Below are positions 46,344 through 59,087 of a stretch of 64,000 nucleotides of DNA, piece by piece. The translations under genes and the position numbers were made by a program. Each line of letters starts with the position of its first letter. Within the stretch, counting starts at the first letter, position 1. Source of the DNA: Ranitomeya imitator (Eukaryota). The DNA is taken from assembly GCF_032444005.1 (NCBI RefSeq), contig NC_091291.1:112468001-112532000 (forward strand), written 5' to 3'. The notes below the pieces were generated by a model, which saw only the letters and a program-made list of their open reading frames with translations, was not told the origin of the DNA and ran no database searches.

Positions 46344-47612
46344 TGCAGCGCCCCAGAGATCTGGTCGTTGCAGTATGACGCTCTGCCACTAAGGGGAGTG
46401 ATGGTACGTCTGATGGCACTAAGGAGTTCTACTGACCAGGTATCACCAGCACACATTACACTTCACACTCCGGCCACTAGGGGGGAGCAAAAGGCTTTAT
46501 TTATTGGGCCACTCCTCACACTGGTAAAAATAGGGGCTGGGGAGGAAGTTAGTGAGAAGCTGACTGGGTTGGATTCAGGCAACATCCCGTGGCAGGGGGT
46601 GTTGCATGGAGAAGACACAGGGGGGTCCCTGTCAGGCGTGGGAACCTGGCAGGTGCCTAGCGAACAGAGCAGAACGTAACGGAACCGCTCCTGCACACCC
46701 CGTGGCGGTATCCAAGAGAGAGACACGAAGGGAAGGATATTGTGGAACAGTGTAAACGAGATCAAGCACAAAGGAGTACCAGTAGGAGTCGTGCCGTGAG
46801 ACCGAGGCAACATCCTACTGAGGCGCGTAGCCGGTGGCCGGAACACCGAGGAAGTAACTGACTCTAGGCCTTACTTTGAACTCCGCAGGACAGTTAATTA
46901 TAGGTTGGCTGTCTACCTTACTACACCTACGAAGACATAGGGGGCAACAGTGGGAAAGGGGCGTCTCTAGGGTCCCGGAAGACCTCCAGGCCTTCCCGTC
47001 ATACGGGTGCATCCTAGCCATAACATACTGGGGGACGAGAAACTAGTAACATCTGGAACTGAAGAGAGAGAGAAAGCTGTAGAGAACGAACGAACGAGAA
47101 CAGCAGTTGTGAAGACTATTCCGAATGCTCAGCAGGGTAGGACTACAACACACAGGCGCTAGTGGTAGGCAACGATTTCCACCTGCAAGGGAAACTCTGG
47201 AAGTGCCCATTGGACCGGCCGGTCTCAGATAGCCCTGTTAACCGTGCTCTGGATTGCGGATCCTGAAGTCTTCAGTAAAGAGGTAAAGAGACTGCAACCT
47301 TGTGTCCTCGTTATTGACTGCACCTCACAACATCACCATCCACCTTACTGGGAAGCCCTGGGGACATTCTTCACCTGTGGGAAGGTATACCACCCAGCTG
47401 CCATTCCATCACCCCAGCAGACCCCACAGCAACGTCGGTCACCCTGACCAAACACCACAGGTGGCGTCATGAACCCCTGACAGACTGCACCACCTTTATT
47501 GGACGCCCCTTAGCAGGATCGCGGACCGGGTCTAGCCACCGTGACAGCCTCAGAACCGAACCAGAGAGGCCCGGTACCGAGAACTCGTGGCCCTGTGTCT
47601 GGGGGTGCTCCA
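46344..47612 (+). mobile_element. Solo LTR (~1.27 kb, probably Gypsy)
   Basis: TGcagcgccccaga ... tctgggggtgctcCA terminal inverted repeat; flanks CTAG/CTAT; second partial copy at 35329-36090. Confidence 0.75.
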
Positions 47613-48207
47613 CTATGACTCCATGGCTCCGAGTCACCAACTTGTGCAGGAAGATTAGCTACAGTGCTATGGCTTGTAAACTTCTTGATTATGTTGCGCA
47701 CCGTGGACAAATGAACAACAAGATCTCTGGAGATGGACTTGTAACCTTGAGATTGTTTATATTTTTCAACAATTTTGATTCACAAGTCCTCAGACAGTGC
47801 TCTTCTCCTTTTCCTATTCTTCATGCTTAGTGCGGCAGACACACAATGCAAAGACTGAGTCAACTTCTCCCCTTTTTATCTGGTTTCAGGTGTGATTTTC
47901 ATACTGCCCACACCTGTTACTTGCCACAGGTGAGTTTGAACGAGTATCACATGCTTCAAACAAAGTGGTCTACCCACAATTTTGGAAAGCTGCCAACAAC
48001 TTTGACTGGCCCATTTTGGGGGTTTGGTGTGAAATTATGTCCTATTTGCCTTTTCTTCTGTTTTTTATTTTTGTGTTGTTCCAATGCGCACAAAGGAAAT
48101 ATATATGTGTATAACAAAACATGTGAAATTGCAAACATTTTCGGGGAGAAATACTGCAATTTTTGGAACAATTTCAAGGGTGCCAACACTTTCGGCCATG
48201 ACTATAT
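47613..48207 (-). mobile_element. Tc1-like element 5' fragment
   Basis: Terminal (ta)tagtcatggccgaaagtgttggcaccc on the minus strand; transposase N-terminal remnant STVRNIIKKF in the ORF track. Confidence 0.7.
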
Positions 48208-48632
48208 GTATATTGTATCCAGTTTGTTGTGTTTAAATTGGTGACAAATCTGCTTTTGGCTAATAATTATCAGCCATATATAAATCATAGGACTATAATA
48301 GGAAAAGTCATGAGCTGACCAGTAGCGAGTCTAGCGACCAGAAGTTTTGCGGTTTTTTTAAAGTGTGATTACTTCTGCCTGGTTTTTGTGATGCCATTTT
48401 CCTGGTGATTTTAGTAAACTGGAAGCAAATGGTTGTCAGCGATAAGGATGAAAATTGTGTTTGATATTGTTTTATCCCTTTATGTGTTAGTTTTCAACAT
48501 TTGCTGGGCATATTTTAGCATGGGTAGTTGAATTTTGCCTAAAACTTTTTTTTGTTTGTGTGTTTTTCGGATAAAACATGGCAAAGACAAAGCCAAATTT
48601 ATCACCAGATGTCAGGAGGCTTCTTATTCTGA

Positions 48633-49004
48633 GGCTACGTGCACACGTTGCGGAAAGTCTTGCTGATTTTGGTAAATCCGCAGGAAATCCGCACAGAGGA
48701 ATTACCGCGGATTTATCGCGTTTTTTTTTTTTTTTCATTTTTTGGGCGGATTTCACCTGCTGTTTTACACCTGTGGATTCCAATTATGGAGCAGGTGTAA
48801 AGCAGAATCCGCACAAAAAATTGACATGCTGCGGAATAAACAATGCAGCGTTTCCACGTGTTTTTTTTCTGCAGCATGCGCACTGCGGATTTTGTTTTCC
48901 ATTAGCTTACATGGTACTGTACAACGCATGGAAAACTGCAGCGAATCTGCACCGGCTAATCCGCTGCAGATCCCCAGTAAAATCCGCAGCTTGTGCACAC
49001 AGCC
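48633..49004. mobile_element. PIF/Harbinger-type MITE
   Basis: TGA-ggctacgtgcacac ... gtgcacacagcc-TGA. Confidence 0.8.
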
Positions 49005-49029
49005 TGAGAGTGAAGGCAGGGAAAAGCCA

Positions 49030-49745
49030 AAAAGAGGAGTTATGGAATTCAACTAGTCTCAGAGTCAAGTGTCACGTATATAAAGAAAGAAAAAGAAGGT
49101 TACGGAACAGCTGACAAACCTAGAAGTGGACGACCAAGGAAAACTTCCTGCAAAATTATTAAGAAAAAGTCAGTATCTGATGTCCACAAAAGTGCTGCAC
49201 AGATTTGACACATAATGAACGAAGAGTATGGGGTCAAAGTGAGTCGCCAAACTGTGGTGCCACGGCTCAGAGCAGTAGGGTTGAATACATGAGTTCCGGT
49301 CAAGAACCTTTGATCTCTGCTAAGAACCGGAAGGTCCGACTTGAGTTTGACAAAGAACACAGCCAATGGAAAGAGACAGATTGGTCTAAGGCAGTGTTTC
49401 TCAACTCCAGTCCTCAAGACCCCACAACAGGTCATGTTTTCAGGATTTCCTTAGTATTGCACAGGTGATAATTTCATCACCTGCTCGAGCATTAATTCCA
49501 TCGCCAATGCAATACTAAGGAAATCCTGAAAACATGACCTGTTGGTGGGTCTGGAGTTGAGAAACACTGGTCTAAGGTGTTATGGTCAGATTAATCCATG
49601 TTCAGTCTGTTTGGCAGTGATGGCAAACACTATATATACCGCTCAATTGGAGAACCTAATAATGCAAGGAATTAAACACCTACAGTGAAACATGGTGGTG
49701 GCAATGCCATGATTTGGGGCTGCTTTCCTGCATTTTCCATTGGCC
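49030..49745 (+). pseudogene. Decayed Tc1-like transposase with nested hAT MITE
   Basis: VKVSRQTV..RL, KNRKVRLEF.KEH..W...[21 protein letters not shown]. Confidence 0.75.
49392..49569. mobile_element. hAT-type MITE
   Basis: TIR cagtgtttctcaactccag / ctggagttgagaaacactg; 8-bp TSD GTCTAAGG (49384-49391, 49570-49577). Confidence 0.92.
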
Positions 49746-51796
49746 CTCTGTATAGACTTTCTAAATCAAGTCCTATCAGTTTAATTAAACACAGCTGGCC
49801 TTCAATGAAGGAGTAGAACCATCTCGAGGAGGATCACAAGGAAATGGACAGCATGTGACTTAAATATGAGTGTCTCAGCAAAGGGTCAATACTTATGACC
49901 GTGTGATATTTCAGTTTTTCTTTTTTAATAAATTTGCAAAACTTTCTACATTTCTGGGTATTTTTTCAGCCAATATGGGGCGCAGAGTGTACATTAATGA
50001 GAAAAAAATGAACTTTTTTGAATTTACCAAATTCATCACCAGGAAAGTGGCATCACAACAACTAGACAGAAGGAATCACACTTAAAAAAAAAAAAAAAAA
50101 GCAAAACGTTTGGTCGCCTCTGTAGGTCACGAGGCTCTAACATCTGAGAAGCAAAGCAGTAAAAAATGGAACGCTTCATTTAGTTCTTTGTTGTGCAATT
50201 CAGTATTTTAGCAATTTCCAAGCGGCTTGAAATCTGATCTAAAAAATACAAGAATCCTCAGTGTCAGTCATTTTATGCTGAATGTTTTCTCTGTATCGTG
50301 TGAACGAAAAAAATACTGAAGGAAATCTGCGAAGTATATGACCTGTGTTAACACTGTCAGGAGTGTCAGAGTCTGTAGTAACATTCCCTTTCAACAAGAA
50401 AAATGTTAATTCCCAGTATTTGATTTACTCGTGCATTTCCAGGAGGAATAACAGAGGGACAGCCCATTGCGGCTATATAAATAAAATGCTTTGGAATTGT
50501 TGCTTCAGAGAGAATACAAGTATTTATGGTAGACATGTAGCCTAATAACCAATGGCGTCGTGGGTTATAATCTGGCGATAGATAATATATAACTGGTGGA
50601 GAAACGTTGTATTTACAACAGGATGCGCAGTCGCTTTACAACAGGATGAGCAGTGCAGATGTGGCCGTGGCACCGTGCAGCTGCGGTTCAGACTCTTCTA
50701 TCTGCCAAAGATGTAACGACAGATAGTAAAGTGAAAGTCTTACTGTATGTTCCACTATATCGCTCGCAGTATTGTTTTGCACGCTTTCTTTCTTTTAACC
50801 TTTTTACGAGCACAGCTCATTTTGGCCTTGATTCATCTTTACATTTTTTGCTTTCCGACAGGCATCTTTTTTTTTTTTTTTCTTTTTACGCTTTTTGCAT
50901 TTCGGGTGTATACTTCGGATCATTATTCAATACTTTCACATTTTGTTTTGATTTATAGGTTTGTTTGTTTTTTTTTCTAATTCAAAATTTTGTATTGTTT
51001 TATAATACAATACACAACTAAAGCAATGTTTGTTTTTTGTAAAGGAAAATGTATCAACAATTCAGTTCTGACGATGTTTTTTTTCTTCCATTCTCATCTT
51101 GCTTTATTATTATTATTATTTATTGTTATAGCGCCATTTATTCCATGGCGCTTTACACGTTATGTTTTTAATGCCTTGTAGGGGAAGTAATGATTAAAGG
51201 ACAAGGAACAGAATATTTTTAATCATTTCTAACCATTTGCAGATGTTATGGATGGAAAGAAAAAGAACAACAGGGAGGCACTAAAGCATGTATGTAACGG
51301 CAATATCTAGGGGAGACTTTTTTTGTTTTTTTTTTAATGATCGGAAATGAAAACTTGTTCATTTATGATCTTTACAGGATTAGATAAACATGGCAGCTTT
51401 CTTACGCCAGTCATTAGGTTCTGAGTGTTTTTTTTGCAGCTTAACATCGTTCACTTCGCTAGGAATCTCTCGGGTCTTTATATGGTTTTGCCTCATTTCT
51501 GGCTGTATTTCACCAGGTTACGCACTTTTTGTAAAGTTATTTCTTTTTTGGACTAGTTTTGCCCATGGCGACATCTGGTAATTTTATGCTGCCTGAATTC
51601 TTGTCCTCTTCGGTGGGTGCAGCTTGTATATAGTGCACTCAGGTACGGTATATAACTGGCATTTATCCTGTATTATCACTTATGGTGTGAGTATTACATA
51701 TACCTACCGATAGTGTCGCATCTTGGGGATTTACATTATCTTTATGCACACAGGTATCACGATCAAAGGAATTGTCTCAACATCTTAATTGCTTAA

Positions 51797-52155
51797 AGGG
51801 GATGTCCACTACTTTTTCGTGACTTATGATGGGTCATCAATGTCTGATCGACCGGCACCACCACCAATCAACTGTTATCTGCGGCAGGAGGAAGTGCTCA
51901 CATGCGGAGCTGCGCCGTCTTCTGATAGTGGCCGGGCTTGGTACTACACATCCGCCTCCCATTCAAATCAACAAGAAGCGGATGTGCAGTACCCGGCGTG
52001 GCCACTATCAGATGACGGCGCAGCTCCGCAAGTGAGCACTTCCTCCCGCCACCGATAACAGCTGATTGGTGGGGGTGGCGGTCGATCAGACATTGATGAC
52101 CCATCCTAAGGATAAGATAGGTCATCATTCAATCAAAAAGCAGTGGACAACCTCT
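51797..52155. mobile_element. T2/Kolobok-type MITE
   Basis: TTAA-aggggatgtccact ... agtggacaacctct-TTAA; internal inverted arms. Confidence 0.8.
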
Positions 52156-52960
52156 TTAAAATTGCAAAATGCTTGTAAAAACAAGCAACTGTGCAATTTT
52201 TACCCCTTATTAACAATCCTCTTTATTCCCAAGAACGGAAATATTTATAATTTTATAGCTTACTGTACATATTACATCATTTATTGGCCACCTTTGAAGT
52301 CTATCAGCAGTGACCGCTTTCCCAGACAAGGAGCGCAGCGCTTACAAGCTGTTTCCTGTCCAGCTTACAAGCCAAGGTTGCCAAGTTGACTTTTTTTTTT
52401 TTTTTCTCGGCAGCTTACCAAAAAATTACAGACAGATAATACTTTTTATGGACACATTGGAAAATCGTATTAAATCATTATGATTATCAGCGATCCAGGT
52501 CTGCAGCCCGCATGTCTGATATGAAGACATCAGCTGCATTCACTGGAAACTGTAAAACGATGATAATTACAGTCAAAATCATCGGTAAAAATGTCTTCAG
52601 CTTCAAAAAATCACAGATGCCTCAATTTTTTTTTTTGTTTACAGACAGGACAAAAAAGTAAAAGTGCCCTATTTTTACGGACAGTCCTGGAATTTTTGGA
52701 GGGTTGGCAAACCTGATGTAAGCGCAGTTCTGCAGTTGGTCCGGTCACTGCATTCTCATCAGAGGTGGCAGAGGCCGAAACTGCAGAATCACAGCGTGCA
52801 TACTTCAAATTAGTGGCTGGTCAGAACTATTAATCTTCAGGAGCGAGCAACAAGCAGGGAGGGGAAAGGCAGAGTGGCAGTGCACTCCTGGAGAAGGTAG
52901 GTAAGACAACCCTTTTAAACTTACTAACAACTAAAAAGTTGGTCTGGGTGAATCTTGTAT

Positions 52961-54222
52961 ACTAGATGGTGGCCCGATTCTAACGCATCGGGTATTCTAG
53001 AATATGCATGTCCACGCAGCCACGTAGTATATTGCCGAGTTACGTAGTATATTGCCCAGCCACGTAGTATATTGCCCAGCCACGTAGTATATTGCCCAGC
53101 CACGTAGTATATTGCCCAGCCACGTAGTATATTGCCCAGCCACGTAGTATATTGCCCAGTGACGTAGTGTATTGCCCAGCCACGTAGTATATTGCCCAGT
53201 CACGTAGTATATTGCCCAGTCACGTAGTGTATTGCCCAGCCACGTAGTATATTGCCCAGTGACGTAGTATATTGCCCAGCCACGTAGTATATTGCCCAGC
53301 CACGTAGTATATTGCCTAGCCACGTAGTATACAGCACAGAGCCACGTAGTATATTGCCCAGCCCACGTAGTATATTTCCCAGCCACGTAGTATATTGCCC
53401 AGCCACATAGTATATTGCCCAGCCACGTAGTATACAGCACAGAGCCACGTAGTATTTTGCCCAGCCACGTAGTATATTGCCCAGCCACGTAGTATATTGC
53501 CCAGCCACGTAGTATACAGCACAGAGCCACGTAGTATATTGCCCAGCCACGTAGTATACAGCACAGAGCCACATAGTATATTGCCCAGCCACGTATGTCA
53601 CCGGTGGAAAAATAAAAAATACACATACTCACCTTCTGATCCGAGGGCCCCTTGTAGTTCTGTCACCTGTGCGAGGTACAGGTGGCAGCTTCCGGTCCCA
53701 GTCTGCTCGCGCAGGCGCACAGGGCCTATAATGACGTCGCGGTCACATGACCGTGACGCCACGGCAGGTCCTTCTGCCAGACGATCTGTGCCAACGGAAC
53801 GTGGCGGTTGTATCGCGAGGAGGGCGAAAGGCGGCGTAGGTGAGTATCTAATCGTTTTTTATTTTTTTAAATTATTTTTAACATTAGATGTTTTTACTAT
53901 TGGCGCTGCATAGGCAGCGTCAATAGTAAAAAACTTGGTTACACAGGGTTAATAGCAGCGGTAACGGAGTGCGTTACCGGCGGGATAACGCGGTCCGTTA
54001 CCGCGGGCATTAACCCTGTGTGAGCGGTGAGTGGAGGGGTGTATGCGGGCACCGGGCAGTCAGTGCGGGGAGTAAGGAGCGGCCATTTTCTTCCGGACTG
54101 TGCGCGTCGCTAATTGGTCGCGGCAGCCATGACAGGCAGCTGCCGAGACCAATCAGCGAACGAATAACCATGACAGAAGGACAGACAGACGGAAGTGACC
54201 CTTAGACAATTATGTATATAGA
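52961..54222 (+). mobile_element. TSD-less non-autonomous element with a 20-bp minisatellite (53020-53595), possibly Helitron/Helentron-like
   Basis: 5' actagatggtgg with hairpin cccgat-N8-atcggg; 3' ggaagtgacccttagacaattatgtatataga; unit cacgtagtatattgcccagc. Confidence 0.5.
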
Positions 54223-54508
54223 TACTGCATCTCTGGAGGCCAGTGCGCTGCTGCCCTCTGGTGGCTGTCATGAGTTTTTCTCCTTCTTTATAGTCTGATT
54301 TTATTGTTATTTGTAAATAGCTATAGATTATTAGTAAGACGTTGGTGTCGCTTGCAGTTGTTTAGGTGGATGCAGTAGTTACAGAGGTAAGAGGTGTAGA
54401 CCGATGGTCCAGACAAATTCATTATAATTTACAATAGCAGAACTGTGACCTGTTCCCCATCTTTAATACATCTTATGCAACCGGAAAAAAAGGTCCCAAA
54501 CTGATTAA

Positions 54509-54745
54509 AGGGAACCTGTCACCTGAATTTGGCGGGACCAGTTTTGGGTCATATGGGCGGAGTTTTCAGGTGTTTGATTCACCCTTTCCTTACCTGCTGG
54601 CTGCATGCTGGCCGAAATATTAGATTGAAGTTCATTCTCTGTCCTCCGTAGTACACGCCTGCGCAAGGTAATCTTGCCTTGCACAGGCGTGTACTACGGA
54701 GGACAGAGAATGAACTTCAATCCAAATTCAGGTGACAGGTTCCCT
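54509..54745. mobile_element. T2/Kolobok-type MITE, internally deleted relative to 43649-43976
   Basis: Same TIRs and TTAA flanks. Confidence 0.85.
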
Positions 54746-55880
54746 TTAAAAGTGACTTTGCTGCATCTTACTCCAGCACTATCTGCCGTTACACCGGTAT
54801 AGAAAACGCCACTTTTGATGAATCGTTCCCTTCTCTTTTTAGAACCTTCCCATTGATCTAAAGTCTCTTGCTTCTTAATAAATTTGGAACATCTTGGTCC
54901 GTGCTGAAAAGGGAAAGTAACAGACAGACGTAAATTTGTGCTGAAATGTGAACTTTCCGTAGTGCGAGGGTAATGGTGTTGAAAATATGCGAATCGCGCC
55001 CCCTCCAGAATAATGCTGACCAATTTTCTTTTGCCTGGAAACAGTTGAGAAAAGACAAAAAGGGATTGCACAAATTTGTTGTGCGCCAAAACGTATGACT
55101 TTTTTTTTTTAAGCCTAATGGTCATATCTGGTGCAAGATAATTAGTAATATTGACCACAAGGGGGCAGAATGCACAGTGATAATAAGATGGGTGAGACTG
55201 AAGACAGGACAATGTGTACAAGCCCTATATACATGCTGCTCCTTCCTTTCTAATCATAGATGAAAGTGACTTGTGCATCCAGCAGGGGGCAGCATCGGTT
55301 AGTGTCAGTGCCGCCTGCTCATTGCGCTGATATAGCAGTGACAGCATATTGCCGCCCCTGAGCACTGGGCTTGTGGCTGTCACTGTCTCCTCGTGCACGG
55401 TACTGACTATGGATGATACTTTATGGGAGGCTGTCAGGCACGATACATAGAGAACTTTAATGTAATCGCTTAGTTATTCTTCACGGTTGATCCAACCTTC
55501 GCGTTCCACCTGGATAAGCCATCCGTGTGATATGGATGGAGCAGACAACATTCCCCTGGCGTCTGTTGCTGAGCGAAAGAAGGATGAGGCATGTTGAATT
55601 TTAACATGCCCCATCCTTTGTCCCTTAGAGGTGATGACAGCAGCTGCCATCTTTTCCTATTAACATTTTTGTAGAGAGAAAAAAATCAGCTAAAAATGTG
55701 CATTTTTTAGATAATAATTTGTTTTTATTTATTGCATTTTTATAGTTGGATTGTTGCAGTTCATGGTTGATTCCCTGCTACTTAATAACTATATTTACTA
55801 AATATACCTGGCAGCAATTGTGCATCCAGGCTCTGATTTCTGCTACACACAGCGTGATTCAGATGACAGGTTCCTCTTAA

Positions 55881-56363
55881 AGAGAATCTGTCAGCAGGAT
55901 TTTACATCCCAAACAATTTAGATGTGCATGTAGCTCTTTCATTGCCAAGTCCAGCGATACCTTTACATGGCCAGTACGTTCCTCCGTTACTGAGAAATTA
56001 GCGTTTTACTTTATATGTAAATGAGGCTGAAGAGTTATGGTAGATCTGAAGCCTCCGTCACTCCAGCTCTATTTTAGTCACCTCCTCCGGCCCAATTGAC
56101 AACTCCTTTGCCTGGAGTCACGCAGTACAGAGGCTGTCAGTCTAGAAGGAGTAGGCGATGCTGGGTGGGGAATAGAGCTGGAGTGACAGAGGCTACAGAT
56201 CTACCCTAGCTCTTCAGCCTCATTTGCATATAAATTTAAACCCTGATTTCTCAGTAATGGAGGAACTGGCATGTACTGTAAATATATTGCTGGACTTGTA
56301 TGTGAAAGAGCTACATGAGCATATGAATAGTCTGGGGAGTGAAATCCTGCTGACAGATTCCCT
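55881..56363. mobile_element. T2/Kolobok-type MITE
   Basis: TTAA-agagaatctgtcagcaggattt ... aaatcctgctgacagattccct-TTAA. Confidence 0.85.
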
Positions 56364-57411
56364 TTAAAGCATAATGAGATATGGTAAGGCCCGTAGACTT
56401 CTATGGGCAATGTAATATGGCGTATTATGTAGGTTGTAAGGAGCTGTAGTACAGAATAGTGTATGAAGACTTATAGTTGGTGGAGGATTAAAAGCGATAA
56501 ACCCTTGTGTTATACATATTCCCATCAGACATAAATGGACACTGAATATATTTTATATTTTATGGTTTCAAATTATTATACAGCACTTATTACTTAATAC
56601 TTTAGATAAATATGGCACTTGCAATATAATTAAAAAAGGAAAAAAAACAGCATTTCCTATATTAAAATATATTTAATTCTCACTTAATAAAGACACGTAA
56701 AGCGCATATATAATATGCAGACAAGGACAGAATTCCAAAGTCCACTTTAGAAGCAAAACACTTTGCAATTACACAAGACAATCATGAGTTTCAAAATGAA
56801 ATACGTTGTCCTCACTTCACCTTTATCATAAAGCATAAGCTATTTTATCAAAATTAACAAGTAGTAGAAATATTCTACATACATAATACATAACCCCCAT
56901 CAGGACTCGGCCCGGGATCGGACTGTAGGGCTCGGGAGCACATAGGGCTCGGCGTCCTATTATTAGGGTTATGTGACTTACGTTTAAAGCTACAAGCTTT
57001 TACATCGAATCTTGAGAATTTTCTCATACAAAAGCAATCTAGAAATAGATAACATAACAATATTTATACGTGCAGTCAGAAAACTGCAGGTACCGTAATG
57101 GGGCGTGTAGGGAGGCCAACTCGTCATAATACTATAAATTGTAAGAATCAATCAATACAGCTGTGTGAGGTTGTACCCCACCACCGCTCTGGTGCCGAGA
57201 TCTTGATCGAGATCTACAAAAGTTGCAGTATGCAATACAGGTGAACAGAGGTCAGACTCTAACTTTGAGTCATCAGTCACACTCTATTCTTTCAGAGAAG
57301 AATCTATCAACCTCCTAGCGTTCGAGGTTGAGGAAAATGTTTCCTACTGAGCAAGAGGACGACAACTGAATATACTTCTAAGTCCTCTGGGTTTGTGAGC
57401 GAAGAGTCCAT

Positions 57412-58435
57412 CTACCAAGGTCTCCAGAGTGCGCTGCCGCTGCTCAGATCTGAGGGCTTGACGTGACAGTATCTGGCAGGAGATGAAGGAGAAGATGATG
57501 AAGAAGAAGAAGGAGAAGACATGGTGGCCTCCTCATTCAGCCTGAAATGGTTCCAAAGCCTGAGTTCTGTTGTACTTTGATTTTGATGGAGGGAAAGGAA
57601 GCTGAGGACTTCATTGAAGCATCTGTTGTAGCCATCGCTGAACTCAATGTGTAGACTGTTATTTTGATGGACTGTGTCTGAGAAAGAAGAAGAAGAAGAA
57701 GAACGTTAGATACCTGGCTAGAACGCAAACAGTCCATGATTCATTTTCTTTTTGTATTTAAAGACTAAACTATATATAGTTTAGTCTTTAAATACAAATA
57801 TATTGTATATTTACATATATATATCTTTAGTCTTGAAATACAAACAGGAAAAAAAGATATAGAATAGCAGGAGAGCAGTGCTTGGATGATCTCTTCTGCC
57901 CCTTCGTTTTAGAGATTTTTGAGGGTCTCAGTATTTGGACCAACACTGATTTTCATTTCTAGGATACTTTTATGACATTTCAAAAAAAGTTTTCTAAAAG
58001 TTCAGTTCCACTTTTAACAACCAACCTTTTACCACCATGGCAAAGTATGAATTATAAGTTGAATGTAACAAGAGACACTCACTGCTGGTTGTGGTCAGAG
58101 TCTGCTGCTTGAGGTAGGTGACGGCCATCTCCAGTATGTCGGCCTTCTCCAGCTTGACATTGGGCTGTTGCTTGTGGAACTCCTTTTCCAGGAGAAGCTT
58201 GAGCTGCTCGATGCTGCTGTTAATCCGATCTCTGCGCATCTTCTCCACGATGGGTTTCCTCATCTGTAGACGGAGGATACATCGCATTACTACATTTGTC
58301 ACCTTGTGTCGTCTACATTTATAGTTGTGCAATATTTGTCGATTGTTGCACTACACGTTGCATCATGACTCTTACCTTATTTTTTTCCTTTGGGGAGACC
58401 TTGTGCTGCTCCAGGTACACCGTGCCGGGCGCCAT
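57412..58435 (-). CDS. hes5: Hes5-type bHLH-Orange-WRPW transcriptional repressor, 168 aa, 3 exons (58435-58376, 58263-58083, 57677-57412)
   Basis: MAPGTVYLEQHKVSPKEKNK|MRKPIVEKMRRDRINSSIEQLKLLLEKEFHKQQPNVKLEKADILEMAVTYLKQQ..|..EFSDGYNRCFNEVLSFL..ALWRPW*; canonical GT-AG introns, CTAAC branch point, 507-nt open CDS; paralog number not determinable. Confidence 0.95.
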
Positions 58436-58493
58436 GGGTAGAGATGATCAGATCCTTGGATGTAGTGTTGTGGTGGAGCGTGGCGGAGCCTCC

Positions 58494-58568
58494 TATTTAT
58501 ACTCCTCGGACTAACTAACGATATGTGAGTCTGAGGTCTGCTCTAGTTTCCCACACTCTGCAGCCAAT
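58494..58568 (-). promoter_or_regulatory. hes5 proximal promoter: TATA box, RBPJ/CSL site, CCAAT
   Basis: TATAAATA 58494-58501 (minus), TGTGGGAA 58548-58555 (minus), CCAAT 58564-58568. Confidence 0.8.
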
Positions 58569-58939
58569 GGTAGGACGTGGACGGACAATAGAGGAGGCAT
58601 CCATTATGTCATGCTGCATTGACAGTGAATGGCTTGGGCATAATAAGCTGGTCTCAGAGGAGCAGGTGGGGAGTGTGTGAGCGGGATATAGTGTGCTGGG
58701 AATGACGTGACCTGTGCTGGGAAAAAAGCTTCCTTTACCAGTGCCGGACCACTGACTAATGCCCCCGATCAATAGCATTCTGCCAACACACACTTAGCAA
58801 TTCGCAGCAATTCATGAATTTCTCAACTATTTGCTTTTGGCGGGAAGATGCTAATCACAAGAGACAGAAATGAGTGGGATAACGCACTAATCTCTGGTGG
58901 TACACGTGCAGACACTCAGACCCACCGTGTAAGCTGGAC

Positions 58940-58955
58940 AGACAGATAGATAGAT

Positions 58956-59005
<50 letters not shown>
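58940..59005. repeat. (GATA)n microsatellite
   Basis: Read directly. Confidence 0.9.
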
Positions 59006-59087
59006 ATGGAAACAAATACAGAACAGATAATAACAGAAAGAAAGCATAAGGGAATGTATTAGATGGAAACAAGAAGATAGATATGCT

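Noticed and set aside
56985-56991. AGCTTTA (Brd-box / miR-9-3p seed match) downstream of the hes5 stop
   Set aside because: A single 7-mer, and the 3' UTR end could not be defined from sequence
57678-57720. AG|GT motif suggesting recursive or alternative splicing in hes5 intron 2
   Set aside because: The remaining segment is only 36 nt, contains the branch point of the true acceptor, and its inclusion gives an immediate stop
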